DNA of 64,000 bases from NCBI GenBank assembly GCA_021818475.1, contig JAKADZ010000003.1:27988-91987 (forward strand), written 5' to 3'. Source of the DNA: Nanobdellota archaeon (GTDB taxonomy: Archaea > Nanobdellota > Nanobdellia > Pacearchaeales > GW2011-AR1). A program made the position numbers and the translations under genes. The notes beneath the pieces were generated by a model that was not told where the DNA came from, searched no databases, and saw only the letters and a list, made by a program, of their open reading frames with translations. Of the stretch, positions 19,889-28,750 are shown one piece after another (the first letter of the stretch is position 1; every line of letters starts with the position of its first letter).

Positions 19889-20512
19889 ATGACATTTTTG
19901 ATAAAAGATGCTGAATATGAAAATTTTGTCTCTGCATACGTAGAGGCGAGAGATTTGGATGAAGGAAGAAGTGCTCTTGAATCAGAAGGTTATCAGATTA
20001 TTCCGCTTGAACAAAATGCTAAGTTAAGAGTGAATAACGGAGGCAATTCCAGTATTTCAAGAATTGGGAATTGGGTTTCAGAAGGAGTAATTTATGTTAA
20101 AGGAAAAGGGAAGTTTTTGACGAAAAAATCTCCTATCCTGGCAAGGTCTCCAGACCAAGAGGGGAAAAATGGAAATAGTTTATATATAAATGAAGAGCAG
20201 ATTGAGTTTTCCCTTAAAGATTCTTTTCAGATTTCAGATAAACTTGGAAATCCTTTTTCTATTCCAACAAAAAGATTTGGGGAAGAAGAAATTGCAGTTT
20301 TTCTTTTTGGAGATTTTGCTAAAGATTACGGATTCTTTTTGAAAGATGCTAAAATAAAAAATGTTCCTTTTTGGTTTGCAGATTTCAGAGACAAGCCATT
20401 TGCAAGATTATTGTGGTTTGACTGCATGGATGAACAATCACGAATCGTCGGAGACGGAGGTTCTGTTGGCGGATTTGTCCGGGGAATAAAAACTCTTGAC
20501 TCAGTCAGTTAA
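19889..20512 (+). CDS. hypothetical protein
   Basis: 207 aa ORF with TATA-like box upstream. Confidence 0.7.
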   Translation: MTFLIKDAEYENFVSAYVEARDLDEGRSALESEGYQIIPLEQNAKLRVNNGGNSSISRIGNWVSEGVIYVKGKGKFLTKKSPILARSPDQEGKNGNSLYINEEQIEFSLKDSFQISDKLGNPFSIPTKRFGEEEIAVFLFGDFAKDYGFFLKDAKIKNVPFWFADFRDKPFARLLWFDCMDEQSRIVGDGGSVGGFVRGIKTLDSVS

Positions 20513-20619
20513 GCTTAATCTTTAGAACGATAATTATTCAATTCGGTGAGCAAGTGAAGTTTTGAACTTGTTCAAATCTTTACAACAATTCTTATAAATG
20601 GATTTTAATTCTATTGAAT

Positions 20620-21720
20620 ATGGCCGAGATTTTCAAAAAGGGTGCATCAATGTCAAATGTTTCTGATGAAGTAAAAGAAATAGATCGGGAACTCGAAGAG
20701 CTGATAAAAAAACAATCCGCAAAAATAAAAGTAATCGGCGTCGGAGGAGCGGGAAATAATTCTTTAAGCAGAATGAGAGAAATTGGAATTCGCGGAGGAG
20801 AGCTTATCGCTGTTAATACTGATGCCCAGGATTTGCTTTATGCAAATGCAGACCAGAAAATATTAATCGGGAGAGATTTAACTCAGGGACTTGGTGCAGG
20901 AAGCAATCCAAAAATAGGAGAGCAGGCTGCAAAAGAATCAGAATCCGATATAAAGAAAAAAATTGCAAATTCAGATATGATTTTTATAACCTGCGGAATG
21001 GGCGGAGGAACAGGAACAGGTGCTGCGCCTTATATTGCTGACCTTGCAAAAAAACAGGGTGCTTTGACAATTGGAATAATTACACTTCCATTCACTATTG
21101 AAGGAAAAAAGAGAATTGAAAATGCGATGGAAGGATTGGAAAAAATGCAGGAAGTAGTTGACACCTTGATAGTAATTCCAAACGACAAACTTCTTGAACT
21201 TGCTCCGGAACTTCCTCTTCACACTGCATTCAAAATTGCTGATGAGATATTAACCAATGCGGTAAAAGGGATTACAGAGCTTGTAACTACAACGGGATTA
21301 GTCAATCTTGATTTTGCAGACATAAGGGCAGTTATGGTAGACGGCGGGGTTTCATTAATCGGATTAGGGGAAGCAGATTCAGGACAGAGAGCAACAGAAG
21401 CAGTGGAAAAAGCAATCCAAAATCCTCTTCTTGATGTTGATATTTCTGGGGCAACAGGAGCATTAGTGAATATCATAGGTGGTCCTAATATGAGCCTGGA
21501 AGAATGCAAAACAATAATTGAAACTGTAGGAAATAAATTAAGCCGGGAAGCAAAATTGATATGGGGTGCTCAGCTTGCCGACGATATGGACAAATCAATA
21601 CGGGTTCTTCTCGTAGTTACAGGAGTTAAAAGTTCACAGATTTTGGGAAATGAAGATTCCATTATTGAATCAAAACATAAAGAGATAGAAGAAGAGCTGG
21701 GGATTGAATTTTTTGAATGA
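20620..21720 (+). CDS. ftsZ: cell division protein FtsZ
   Basis: [23 protein letters not shown]. Confidence 0.97.
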   Translation: MAEIFKKGASMSNVSDEVKEIDRELEELIKKQSAKIKVIGVGGAGNNSLSRMREIGIRGGELIAVNTDAQDLLYANADQKILIGRDLTQGLGAGSNPKIGEQAAKESESDIKKKIANSDMIFITCGMGGGTGTGAAPYIADLAKKQGALTIGIITLPFTIEGKKRIENAMEGLEKMQEVVDTLIVIPNDKLLELAPELPLHTAFKIADEILTNAVKGITELVTTTGLVNLDFADIRAVMVDGGVSLIGLGEADSGQRATEAVEKAIQNPLLDVDISGATGALVNIIGGPNMSLEECKTIIETVGNKLSREAKLIWGAQLADDMDKSIRVLLVVTGVKSSQILGNEDSIIESKHKEIEEELGIEFFE

Positions 21721-21769
21721 TGTATTTCATCTACACAAACTTTAAAAGTTATTCTTATAATATTCTATT

Positions 21770-22024
21770 ATGAATAAAGAAGAAGTTTACGAAACGTTAA
21801 GAAATCTAGGAACATCAATTGCCAGAATAACCTGGGACAGAGGAAACGGAAAACTCGATGAACTGGTTTATTTTGACGGGGAATTTGACAGCGAGCAAAA
21901 TCCAAAGATGTATTTTGCAAATGGAAGGGCACAGTTGGACATAAAGAAAATGGGCGGTTATTCTTCAATAATTTCAATTGAGGAAGAATGCCCTGACGGA
22001 TATTGCATTAAAAGAACTGCTTAG
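21770..22024 (+). CDS. hypothetical protein
   Basis: 84 aa ORF, TTTAAAA box upstream. Confidence 0.55.
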   Translation: MNKEEVYETLRNLGTSIARITWDRGNGKLDELVYFDGEFDSEQNPKMYFANGRAQLDIKKMGGYSSIISIEEECPDGYCIKRTA

Positions 22025-22074
22025 TTCAGTGCTAAATCTTAAAAACCCAGATTTTCTAATTAGAATATGAAAAT

Positions 22075-22134
22075 CAGCCTTGAGCAGTATTTCAGTGGGA
22101 AATTCGAGCGGAAGAAACCGGAGGTGTCGTCGCA
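22075..22134 (+). repeat. short repeat family B copy 1 (secE leader)
   Basis: CAGCCTTGAGCAGTATTTCAGTGGGAAATTCGAGCGGAAGAAACCGGAGGTGTCGTCGCA, close to 58658-58719. Confidence 0.85.
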
Positions 22135-22314
22135 ATGAAATTAATTACTAATTTAAAATCATTTTACGAGAAATGTAAAAGAGTGTGGATGGTTTTGAAA
22201 AAACCAAGCAAAGATGACTTTCTCAAAATCGCAAAAGTATCTGCAGTTGGAATTCTTGTAATTGGAGTATTAGGTTTTCTGATTTCTATTATTATGAAGT
22301 TTTTCACCCAGTAA
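22135..22314 (+). CDS. secE: protein translocase subunit SecE/Sec61-gamma
   Basis: Manual 59 aa ORF ..CKRVWMVLKKPSKDDF..VSAVGILVIGVLGFLI; between ftsZ and spt5. Confidence 0.92.
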   Translation: MKLITNLKSFYEKCKRVWMVLKKPSKDDFLKIAKVSAVGILVIGVLGFLISIIMKFFTQ

Positions 22315-22315
22315 G

Positions 22316-22780
22316 ATGGAAAAATTAAATAATAAAAATTTTTGGACTCCTTTATTTATCGCTTCAATTATATCTATTTTATTACTCTTTTTTGCTTTAC
22401 CTTATGCTTTACTCATCTCTTTAAAATTGTTGATAGAGAATGTTCAATCCTATGGAGAAACCCTTTTGATAGATATTTTTCTCCTTCCTTTATTTTTAGT
22501 TATTGCTATACCCCCAATTTTTTTTATAATAAAGCGATTATTAAGTGATAATCCAAAAAAAGTTTTTTATTTTGAACTTCCAATTTTAATAATAGTTTAT
22601 TCAATATTATTAAGTCTTAATCAACTTTTTGGATTGATGATGGGGGGACCAAGAGATACAACTTTCCTACTTTTTCTGAGTTTAATTCTTCCGCAGATAA
22701 TAGTCATTTCTCTTTGGCTCGTTCTTCTGACCTTCTCTTTATATTTTTATTATAAGAAAAAGATTATAAACCGCAGATAA
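22316..22780 (+). CDS. membrane protein (about 4 TM)
   Basis: 154 aa, strongly hydrophobic. Confidence 0.6.
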   Translation: MEKLNNKNFWTPLFIASIISILLLFFALPYALLISLKLLIENVQSYGETLLIDIFLLPLFLVIAIPPIFFIIKRLLSDNPKKVFYFELPILIIVYSILLSLNQLFGLMMGGPRDTTFLLFLSLILPQIIVISLWLVLLTFSLYFYYKKKIINRR

Positions 22781-22791
22781 ATATTACAGGA

Positions 22792-24801
22792 ATGAATCTT
22801 GAAAAATCCTTTTTTAAGAGGATAAAAAATGTTGCAGCCGCAGTTGCAATAAGTTCTATGATTTTTGCATGCACTCCTGCAGTCTCTCCAAAGCCGTCGC
22901 AGGAAAATCAAAATCAGCAGACAACTCAGACACAACCTCAGCCTCAACCAACTAATTCGGTTTATGATTACACCACTTCTTCTGCTATTGCAGTTTCGCA
23001 GTATTTAACTTCTCAAAATGGGGGAATTGTCGAAGTGAATGATTTTAAAAGTTCAATTAATGGTGCACAATTGCAAATCTTGGCTGATTCATTAAAATAT
23101 GATACTACAATTTCTATCGGCAGAGTTGATAACCCTCCTGAACTTCCAAGCGGATTAAACTATGTCGGTCCCCCTATAGATTTAACTCCCGACGGAACTG
23201 CTTTCCGCACATCGTCGATAATAACAATCCCCTATCAAAATGAATTTTTAAGTGATGCAGGAATTTCTGATGATTCAAATTTGAAATTATACTCTTACGA
23301 CAAATTTGCAAAAAAATGGACAGAGGTAACAGGATTTTTAAAAATCCCCTCTGAGAAAAAAATAATGGCTTATGTAAACCATTTTAGTTATTATGCAATT
23401 ACAGTTATGGATGGTGTGCCCCCTTCAGATATGGGGAATCCACAGGCGGGGGATTTATTGTACTGTTTGGGTTCTATTTTTACAAATCATGGTACGGGAT
23501 GGAGGCCTGGGCACGTTGGAATTTATGTAGGGGAAAAAAGTTGGAATGGACAAAGGTATAATGTAATAGAAGCTCTTGGCCATGGTGTTCAGCGTAGTTA
23601 TTATAACCCGATATCAAATTTTAGTAATGGTTCAGTGTATATGGGCGCAAGAGAACCAAAAAATTTCACTTTAACATCTAACCAACGCAGATTAATTGTT
23701 GAATATGCAGAAGAACAGATTGGAAAACCTTATGCATGGGTGCAGACGACTGTAGGAGTTTTATTTGGATTAGCAAAAGGTTCTTTGGTAAAAGGAGGAA
23801 TTGGTTCATACAATTGTGTTGGTTTGGCAGAAGCAGCATATGAATATGCGGGAACAAATAATGGAGACGGGCTTGTTCCATATTTGCAGGAGGAGACTGG
23901 ATTTGGTGATGTGCCTGGAGCTTTAACTCCGGCAGAACAATATAATTATACTAAACCGGCAACGGGAATTTCTCCTGGATCAGGAAATAATTCTTCTTTA
24001 GAAAAAATCCTTTTTCAGTCTAATCGCGATGATGGTTCTGCAATTTACATTATGAACTCTGATGGAACAAATGTTCAGAGACTAACTGATTTATCATATG
24101 CGAGTGAAAGTCCAAAATGGAATAAGACAAGAGATAAAATTGTCTTTGTTTCAAATAAAGGGACCTCTTTTGGCCAGGAATGGAGTTCAAGATACGAAAT
24201 TTATTCCATGAACTCTGATGGAACAAATGTTCAAAGATTAACTAATAATTCTTATGATGATAATGAACCATGTTGGTCACAAGATGGGACTAAAATTGTC
24301 TTTGTTTCAAATAGGGACAAATTAACGACGGGTTATGATTTTCAATTATATATAATGGATGCTAATGGAGCTAATCAAACTAAACTCTCTCCAGATAATT
24401 TTTTTGCCGAAGAACCTTCTTTTTCTCCAGACGGAACAAAAATTATTTACAGCGGATATAATGGAGTTTATACCTTAAATCTTTCAGATAAAAAAAGAAC
24501 AAAATTAAATTCAGATAATATCAACATCCATAATCCTTCTTGGTCATCTTTCTGGGGGAAAATATTGTTTACTTCTGAAGAAGATAATCAGATTTATGTG
24601 ATGGATTCTAATGGATTAAATAAACGTAAAATAATCTCTAGCCCCGGGCTTAACTTCTGGCCTTCTTGGTCAAAAGACGAATCCAAAATTTTATTTTCTT
24701 CCAATCGAGATGGTAATTGGGAAATTTATTCTGTTTATTACGACGGTCATGGATTGACTGATCTTACTAATAATCCTTCTGCAGATATCTCCCCAAATTG
24801 A
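22792..24801 (+). CDS. lipoprotein with permuted papain-like (YiiX/YebB-type NlpC/P60) domain and TolB-like PD40 repeats
   Basis: Lipobox IFAC, Q/P/T linker, GHVGIY and YNCVGL (His before Cys), repeats PxWSxDGTKIVFVSNR and IYIMNSDG. Confidence 0.75.
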   Translation: MNLEKSFFKRIKNVAAAVAISSMIFACTPAVSPKPSQENQNQQTTQTQPQPQPTNSVYDYTTSSAIAVSQYLTSQNGGIVEVNDFKSSINGAQLQILADSLKYDTTISIGRVDNPPELPSGLNYVGPPIDLTPDGTAFRTSSIITIPYQNEFLSDAGISDDSNLKLYSYDKFAKKWTEVTGFLKIPSEKKIMAYVNHFSYYAITVMDGVPPSDMGNPQAGDLLYCLGSIFTNHGTGWRPGHVGIYVGEKSWNGQRYNVIEALGHGVQRSYYNPISNFSNGSVYMGAREPKNFTLTSNQRRLIVEYAEEQIGKPYAWVQTTVGVLFGLAKGSLVKGGIGSYNCVGLAEAAYEYAGTNNGDGLVPYLQEETGFGDVPGALTPAEQYNYTKPATGISPGSGNNSSLEKILFQSNRDDGSAIYIMNSDGTNVQRLTDLSYASESPKWNKTRDKIVFVSNKGTSFGQEWSSRYEIYSMNSDGTNVQRLTNNSYDDNEPCWSQDGTKIVFVSNRDKLTTGYDFQLYIMDANGANQTKLSPDNFFAEEPSFSPDGTKIIYSGYNGVYTLNLSDKKRTKLNSDNINIHNPSWSSFWGKILFTSEEDNQIYVMDSNGLNKRKIISSPGLNFWPSWSKDESKILFSSNRDGNWEIYSVYYDGHGLTDLTNNPSADISPN

Positions 24802-24873
24802 TACTACTAAAAATTTATAAACCCCAATTTTCACTTAATTATATCTTTCTAAGATATTAAGTCTTAGACGGAG

Positions 24874-24930
24874 CCGAGCGATTTTGCGAGTGCTGGTAAA
24901 AATAAAAATGCAACGAGCAGGGTCGGGAGC
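24874..24930 (+). repeat. structured repeat family A copy 2 (spt5 leader)
   Basis: CC-GA-GCGATTTTGC-GA..GA-GCAGGGTCGG-GA. Confidence 0.85.
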
Positions 24931-24941
24931 TAAACAAGAAA

Positions 24942-25394
24942 ATGATTTTCATAGTAAAAGTAACAACAAATAAAGAAGAAAGAGTTTTGGACATGATAGC
25001 TGAAAGAGCACAGAAAAAAAATTTAAACATCTTTTCAGTTTTTCGTCCTCATGGACTTAGAGGTTATGTTCTTTTGGAAGCAGAAGACAGAGAATCTGCT
25101 GAAGAAGCGGCATTTGACTTGCCTTATGTTAAAGGAATAATCGGGAAAACAATTAATTACGACGAGATAAAAAATATGGTTGAACCTTCTGCAGCAACAA
25201 TATCAATCAAGGAAGGGGACATTGTCGAAATGATCGCTGAACCTTTCAAAAAAGAAAAAGCGAAAGTTATAAGAATAGATAAACAAAAAGATGAAGTAGT
25301 GGTAAGCTTGCTTGGAGCAGTTGTTCCATTGCCGGTTACTGTTAGATTAGATAACGTTAAAGTCATAAGGAGAGAAGAAGAAAATGCAGATTAA
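24942..25394 (+). CDS. spt5: transcription elongation factor Spt5/NusG
   Basis: NGN domain (LRGYVLLEA) + KOW (GDIVEMIAEPFK). Confidence 0.95.
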   Translation: MIFIVKVTTNKEERVLDMIAERAQKKNLNIFSVFRPHGLRGYVLLEAEDRESAEEAAFDLPYVKGIIGKTINYDEIKNMVEPSAATISIKEGDIVEMIAEPFKKEKAKVIRIDKQKDEVVVSLLGAVVPLPVTVRLDNVKVIRREEENAD

Positions 25395-26067
25395 ACTTTT
25401 AGTTGATGGTGGCGCAATGAAGCCGGGTCCAGCTCTTAGTCAGAAGCTCGGCCCAGTTGGAATTCCAATCAATCAGGTTATTCAAAAAGTAAATGACGCT
25501 ACAAAATCTTTCGCTGGAATTCAGGTTCCTGTTGAATTGAACGTCGATGCATCTACAAGAGAATTTGAAGTAAAAGTTTTCTCGCCTCCGGTTTCAGGAT
25601 TATTAAAAAAAGAATTAGGGGTTGAAAAAGGATCAGGAGCTCAGAAAAAAGTTAAAATTGGAAATATTTCTATTGAACAGATAATTGCTTTAGCACAGAC
25701 TAAGTCTCCAAATTTGCTCTGCAAGGATTTGAAATCATCAGTAAAGACTGTTGTTGGAACTTGTGCAAGTCTCGGAATATTGGTTGAAGACAAGCCCGCA
25801 ACAGAAGTAGAACAGGAAATTATCGAAGGAAAATATGATAAGGAAATAAATTCATGCAAGACCGATGTTTCACCGGAAAAGAAGAAAAGGCTTGCAGAAT
25901 TTTTTGCAAAAGTTAAGAAAGATCAGGAAAAGACTATGCAACAGGAACAGGCAGCTAAAGCTGCTGAAGAAACCAAGGCGGCAGAAACTCCTGCTGCTGC
26001 AGCTGCTGCTCCAGAAAAAAAACCCGCAGAAAAAACCCCTGCAAAAACTCCCGCGAAGAAAAAATAA
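25384..26067 (+). CDS. rpl11: 50S ribosomal protein L11 with K/A/P-rich C-terminal extension
   Basis: GGAMKPGPALSQKLGP, GTCASLG. Confidence 0.95.
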   Translation: MQIKLLVDGGAMKPGPALSQKLGPVGIPINQVIQKVNDATKSFAGIQVPVELNVDASTREFEVKVFSPPVSGLLKKELGVEKGSGAQKKVKIGNISIEQIIALAQTKSPNLLCKDLKSSVKTVVGTCASLGILVEDKPATEVEQEIIEGKYDKEINSCKTDVSPEKKKRLAEFFAKVKKDQEKTMQQEQAAKAAEETKAAETPAAAAAAPEKKPAEKTPAKTPAKKK

Positions 26068-26103
26068 AACAATTTATAAATTAATATTCGTTAAATTTTT
26101 TAT

Positions 26104-26176
26104 GGGGCTGTGGGGTAGCCTGGTAGCCTTAGAGGTTTGGGACCTCTCGACCCCGGTTCAAATCCGGGCAGCCCCA
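26104..26176 (+). tRNA. tRNA-Pro(TGG)
   Basis: GGGGCTG/CAGCCCC acceptor, AGAGG-TTTGGGA-CCTCT anticodon arm, CCCGG-TTCAAAT-CCGGG T arm. Confidence 0.96.
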
Positions 26177-26221
26177 TTGTTTCGAAAAAATAAAACCCAT
26201 AACGGATTTGAACTTCAAATC

Positions 26222-26279
26222 CCGAGAGTTTGCACGAGTGCGTGCAAAGATAAAAATGCAATGAGTGCGGGCTCGAGTT
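26222..26279 (+). repeat. structured repeat family A copy 3
   Basis: CC-GA-GAGTTTGCAC-GA..GA-GTGCGGGCTC-GA. Confidence 0.85.
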
Positions 26280-26313
26280 CGGCAGCCCCATTTAATAAAA
26301 TACAGAAAAGAAA

Positions 26314-26535
26314 ATGCCATCAAAATCAAAAAAAACAAAATCAGCAGGAAGATTCGGAGCAAGATACGGACGTTCAGTCAGAATTAAACTTGTTAATGTT
26401 GAACAGAAGCAGAGGCAAAAACAGGAATGTCCTTACTGTCATAAACTCGGAGTCAAAAGAGTTTCAAAAGGAATTTGGGAATGTTCAAAATGCGGAAAAA
26501 AATTCGCATCAGACATATACTATTTAAACAAATAA
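26314..26535 (+). CDS. rpl37ae: 50S ribosomal protein L37Ae (eL43)
   Basis: AGRFGARYG, CPYC, GIWECSKC. Confidence 0.95.
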   Translation: MPSKSKKTKSAGRFGARYGRSVRIKLVNVEQKQRQKQECPYCHKLGVKRVSKGIWECSKCGKKFASDIYYLNK

Positions 26536-26549
26536 AACTATACTATAAA

Positions 26550-26687
26550 ATGGTTGCATACAAATGTTTCAAATGTGAGAAAAAAGTTGTCAGTACTAAT
26601 TTGGAAAAGAGATTTGTCTGTCCATACTGTGGCAGCAAAATCTTTTACAAGCCAAGAACTCACGTTAAAAAAATAAAAGCAGAATAA
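26550..26687 (+). CDS. rpoP: RNA polymerase subunit Rpo12 (P)
   Basis: YKCFKC..CPYCGSKIFYKPR; follows L37Ae. Confidence 0.9.
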   Translation: MVAYKCFKCEKKVVSTNLEKRFVCPYCGSKIFYKPRTHVKKIKAE

Positions 26688-26700
26688 TTCTCAGAATAAA

Positions 26701-27006
26701 ATGGACCAGGAAAAAATTCAGGAAATGCAGATTACAGAACAGAAGTTGCAGAATACAATCCTCCAGAAGCAGGCTTTTCAGATGGAGTTGGCAGAAACAA
26801 ATGCTGCCCTGGAAGAACTGGAAAAATCAGGTGATGAAGTTTTCAAAATTATCGGACAACTCATGATTAAATCTGAAAAATCAAAAATAAAAGAAGATTT
26901 GCTGGATAAACAAAGAATTCTTGACCTGAGGGTAAAATCTCTGGAGAAACAGGAAAATTCTTTGACGGAACAGCTTGAAAAAATTCAGAATGAAATTTCA
27001 TCATAA
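26701..27006 (+). CDS. pfdB: prefoldin beta subunit
   Basis: Coiled coils around VFKIIGQLMIK; usual context after rpoP. Confidence 0.9.
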   Translation: MDQEKIQEMQITEQKLQNTILQKQAFQMELAETNAALEELEKSGDEVFKIIGQLMIKSEKSKIKEDLLDKQRILDLRVKSLEKQENSLTEQLEKIQNEISS

Positions 27007-27136
27007 GTAAAAATAAATTTTTTTCTAAAAAATTTTTAATTTATAAAACCTCGTCGGTAAAAAAAGAAGAAATTGTTTTTTGATATATAAAATAAAATAT
27101 CAAAATGTTTATAAACGCAATATTTCTAAATTCAAT

Positions 27137-27535
27137 ATGGTGTTTGATAAAATAAAAAAAGCTTTTACAGGTGCTAAAGGTGAAGGTTCTGCTGAAGATT
27201 ACCTTGAGATTGACTTGGAAAAAGAGCAGCAGGAAAGCAAAGTTTTGGTTAAGCTTTTCGTTCTTAAAAAATATGATGATGTTAATGGAATACTTAATGT
27301 TCTTAGAGAAGGTTATACAATTGCAATAATTGATATCAAACCTTTGAAGCAGAAAGACCCTATAGAGTTGAAAAGAGCTGTTTCAAAAGTTAAAAAAACA
27401 GCAGAGGCTCTTGAAGGAAATATTGCCGGATTTGGAGATAACTTATTAATTGTTACTCCTGCATTCGCTCAGATTCAGAGAGACGTTTCAAATATGGTTC
27501 CGGACCAGCCAGCAAAAGGCAATAAATTCGAATAA
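27137..27535 (+). CDS. sepF: cell division protein SepF
   Basis: Amphipathic MVFDKIKKAF, LREGYTIAIIDI, ELKRAV, GNIAG, IVTP. Confidence 0.85.
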   Translation: MVFDKIKKAFTGAKGEGSAEDYLEIDLEKEQQESKVLVKLFVLKKYDDVNGILNVLREGYTIAIIDIKPLKQKDPIELKRAVSKVKKTAEALEGNIAGFGDNLLIVTPAFAQIQRDVSNMVPDQPAKGNKFE

Positions 27536-27610
27536 TTCTGTTAATCTTTTACTTCCTCAATCTAAACTTCTATTCGAAAAGTTATATAAATTAGGAATCG
27601 CTTTTGTATT

Positions 27611-28297
27611 ATGGTAAAAACTCGCATCAGCCATGAGCACACTTTTAAAGGGAAAAACTGGAAAGAAGAACCGATTAGGTTCGTCTTCATTCCGGCTAAG
27701 ATAAAAGACGAGATTGATGAGAAAAAAATAAGCTCCCTGAAACTTCCCAAGACTTTAGCAATTGCTTATTCAATTCAATATAAGCCTATTGCAGAAAAAA
27801 TAAAGGAAATTCTTTCCAAGAATCATGAAATTACTTCAATAATTCAGGTTCTTGGCTGTTCTTCACCAAAATTTTCAAAAAACACAAAAGCAATTTTGCT
27901 TGTCGGTTCAGGAAGATTTCACGCTTTCTCCCTGCAGTTTGAGACAGGGATTCCTGTTTATATCTTGGAAGCAGATGAGCTGAAAAAAATTTCCGGCGAG
28001 GAAGTTGAATCTTTCAGGAAGAAAAAAACTGCATCTTACCTTAAATTTTTGAATGCAGACAAAGTAGGGGTATTGATATCAACAAAACCCGGGCAGGAAA
28101 ATCTGAAAACTGCTCTTTCTCTTAAATTAAAAGATAAAAAACAATATTTCTTTTTGGGGAATAACATTGATACTCGGGAATTTGAAAATTTTGGATTAAC
28201 TTCATGGGTGAATACTGCCTGTCCCCGACTGGATTATGACAGCTCAGTAATAAACCTTGCAAATTTAAACTCGGGCAAGTCCAAAAACAGTTTTTAA
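27611..28297 (+). CDS. dph2: short diphthamide synthesis Dph1/Dph2-family protein
   Basis: QVLGC, GSGRFH, STKPGQ, VNTACPRL. Confidence 0.85.
   Translation: MVKTRISHEHTFKGKNWKEEPIRFVFIPAKIKDEIDEKKISSLKLPKTLAIAYSIQYKPIAEKIKEILSKNHEITSIIQVLGCSSPKFSKNTKAILLVGSGRFHAFSLQFETGIPVYILEADELKKISGEEVESFRKKKTASYLKFLNADKVGVLISTKPGQENLKTALSLKLKDKKQYFFLGNNIDTREFENFGLTSWVNTACPRLDYDSSVINLANLNSGKSKNSF
27628..27686 (+). repeat. short repeat family B copy 2 (in-frame in dph2)
   Basis: CAGCCATGAGCACACTTTTAAAGGGAAA..GAAGAACCGATTAGGTTCGTC. Confidence 0.8.
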
Positions 28298-28651
28298 TGC
28301 TACAATAATAGTTGCGGGAATGAATAATGCAAGCAATGCTGCAAAGGCTGTGGAAACTACATCTCCGAGACCGATGCCAATCAGGGAACTTATTGCACTT
28401 TCCATCCCAAATCTGCTTACTATGACTATAATTGTTCCTGTGATAAGAAAAGTTTGTGAATCTCTGCCAGTTGCATTTACTGATGCCCCCACGATTAATC
28501 CCAGGATTACCAATATTAAATAAATAAAACTGCTGTATCTTGTAAGAGCAGGAATAGGTATCAGACTCATTGATATTCCTATAATTAATGCAAGAATAAC
28601 TGCGACAAGAAATGCCCAGGCTCCGACAGAATTCTCTTTTGATTTTAACAT
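28265..28651 (-). CDS. membrane protein (about 4 TM)
   Basis: 128 aa hydrophobic ORF. Confidence 0.75.
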   Translation of the reverse strand: MLKSKENSVGAWAFLVAVILALIIGISMSLIPIPALTRYSSFIYLILVILGLIVGASVNATGRDSQTFLITGTIIVIVSRFGMESAISSLIGIGLGDVVSTAFAALLALFIPATIIVALKTVFGLARV

Positions 28652-28750
28652 AATAAATTAATTCTTAAAAAATATTTAAATCTTTCATTTAACGTATATT
28701 TTGCAGGACGAAAAAATTTATAAACGATAGCAACTCCGCAATGATTACAC

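Noticed and set aside
15470-20611. Similar 30-mers TTTACAAYAATTCTTATAAAT upstream of two genes
   Set aside because: They fit an ordinary BRE-TATA promoter consensus in AT-rich DNA
24040-24320. DNA repeats ATGAACTCTGATGGAACAAATGTTCA
   Set aside because: They are explained by PD40 protein repeats; there is no reverse transcriptase or adenine-specific variation to suggest a DGR
26167-26292. attL/attR of an integrated virus or island at tRNA-Pro
   Set aside because: The duplicated ends are only about 100 bp apart with no integrase; treated as a miniature-element scar instead
25865-26527. 220-aa + strand ORF
   Set aside because: It is an alternative frame across rpl11, tRNA-Pro and rpl37ae
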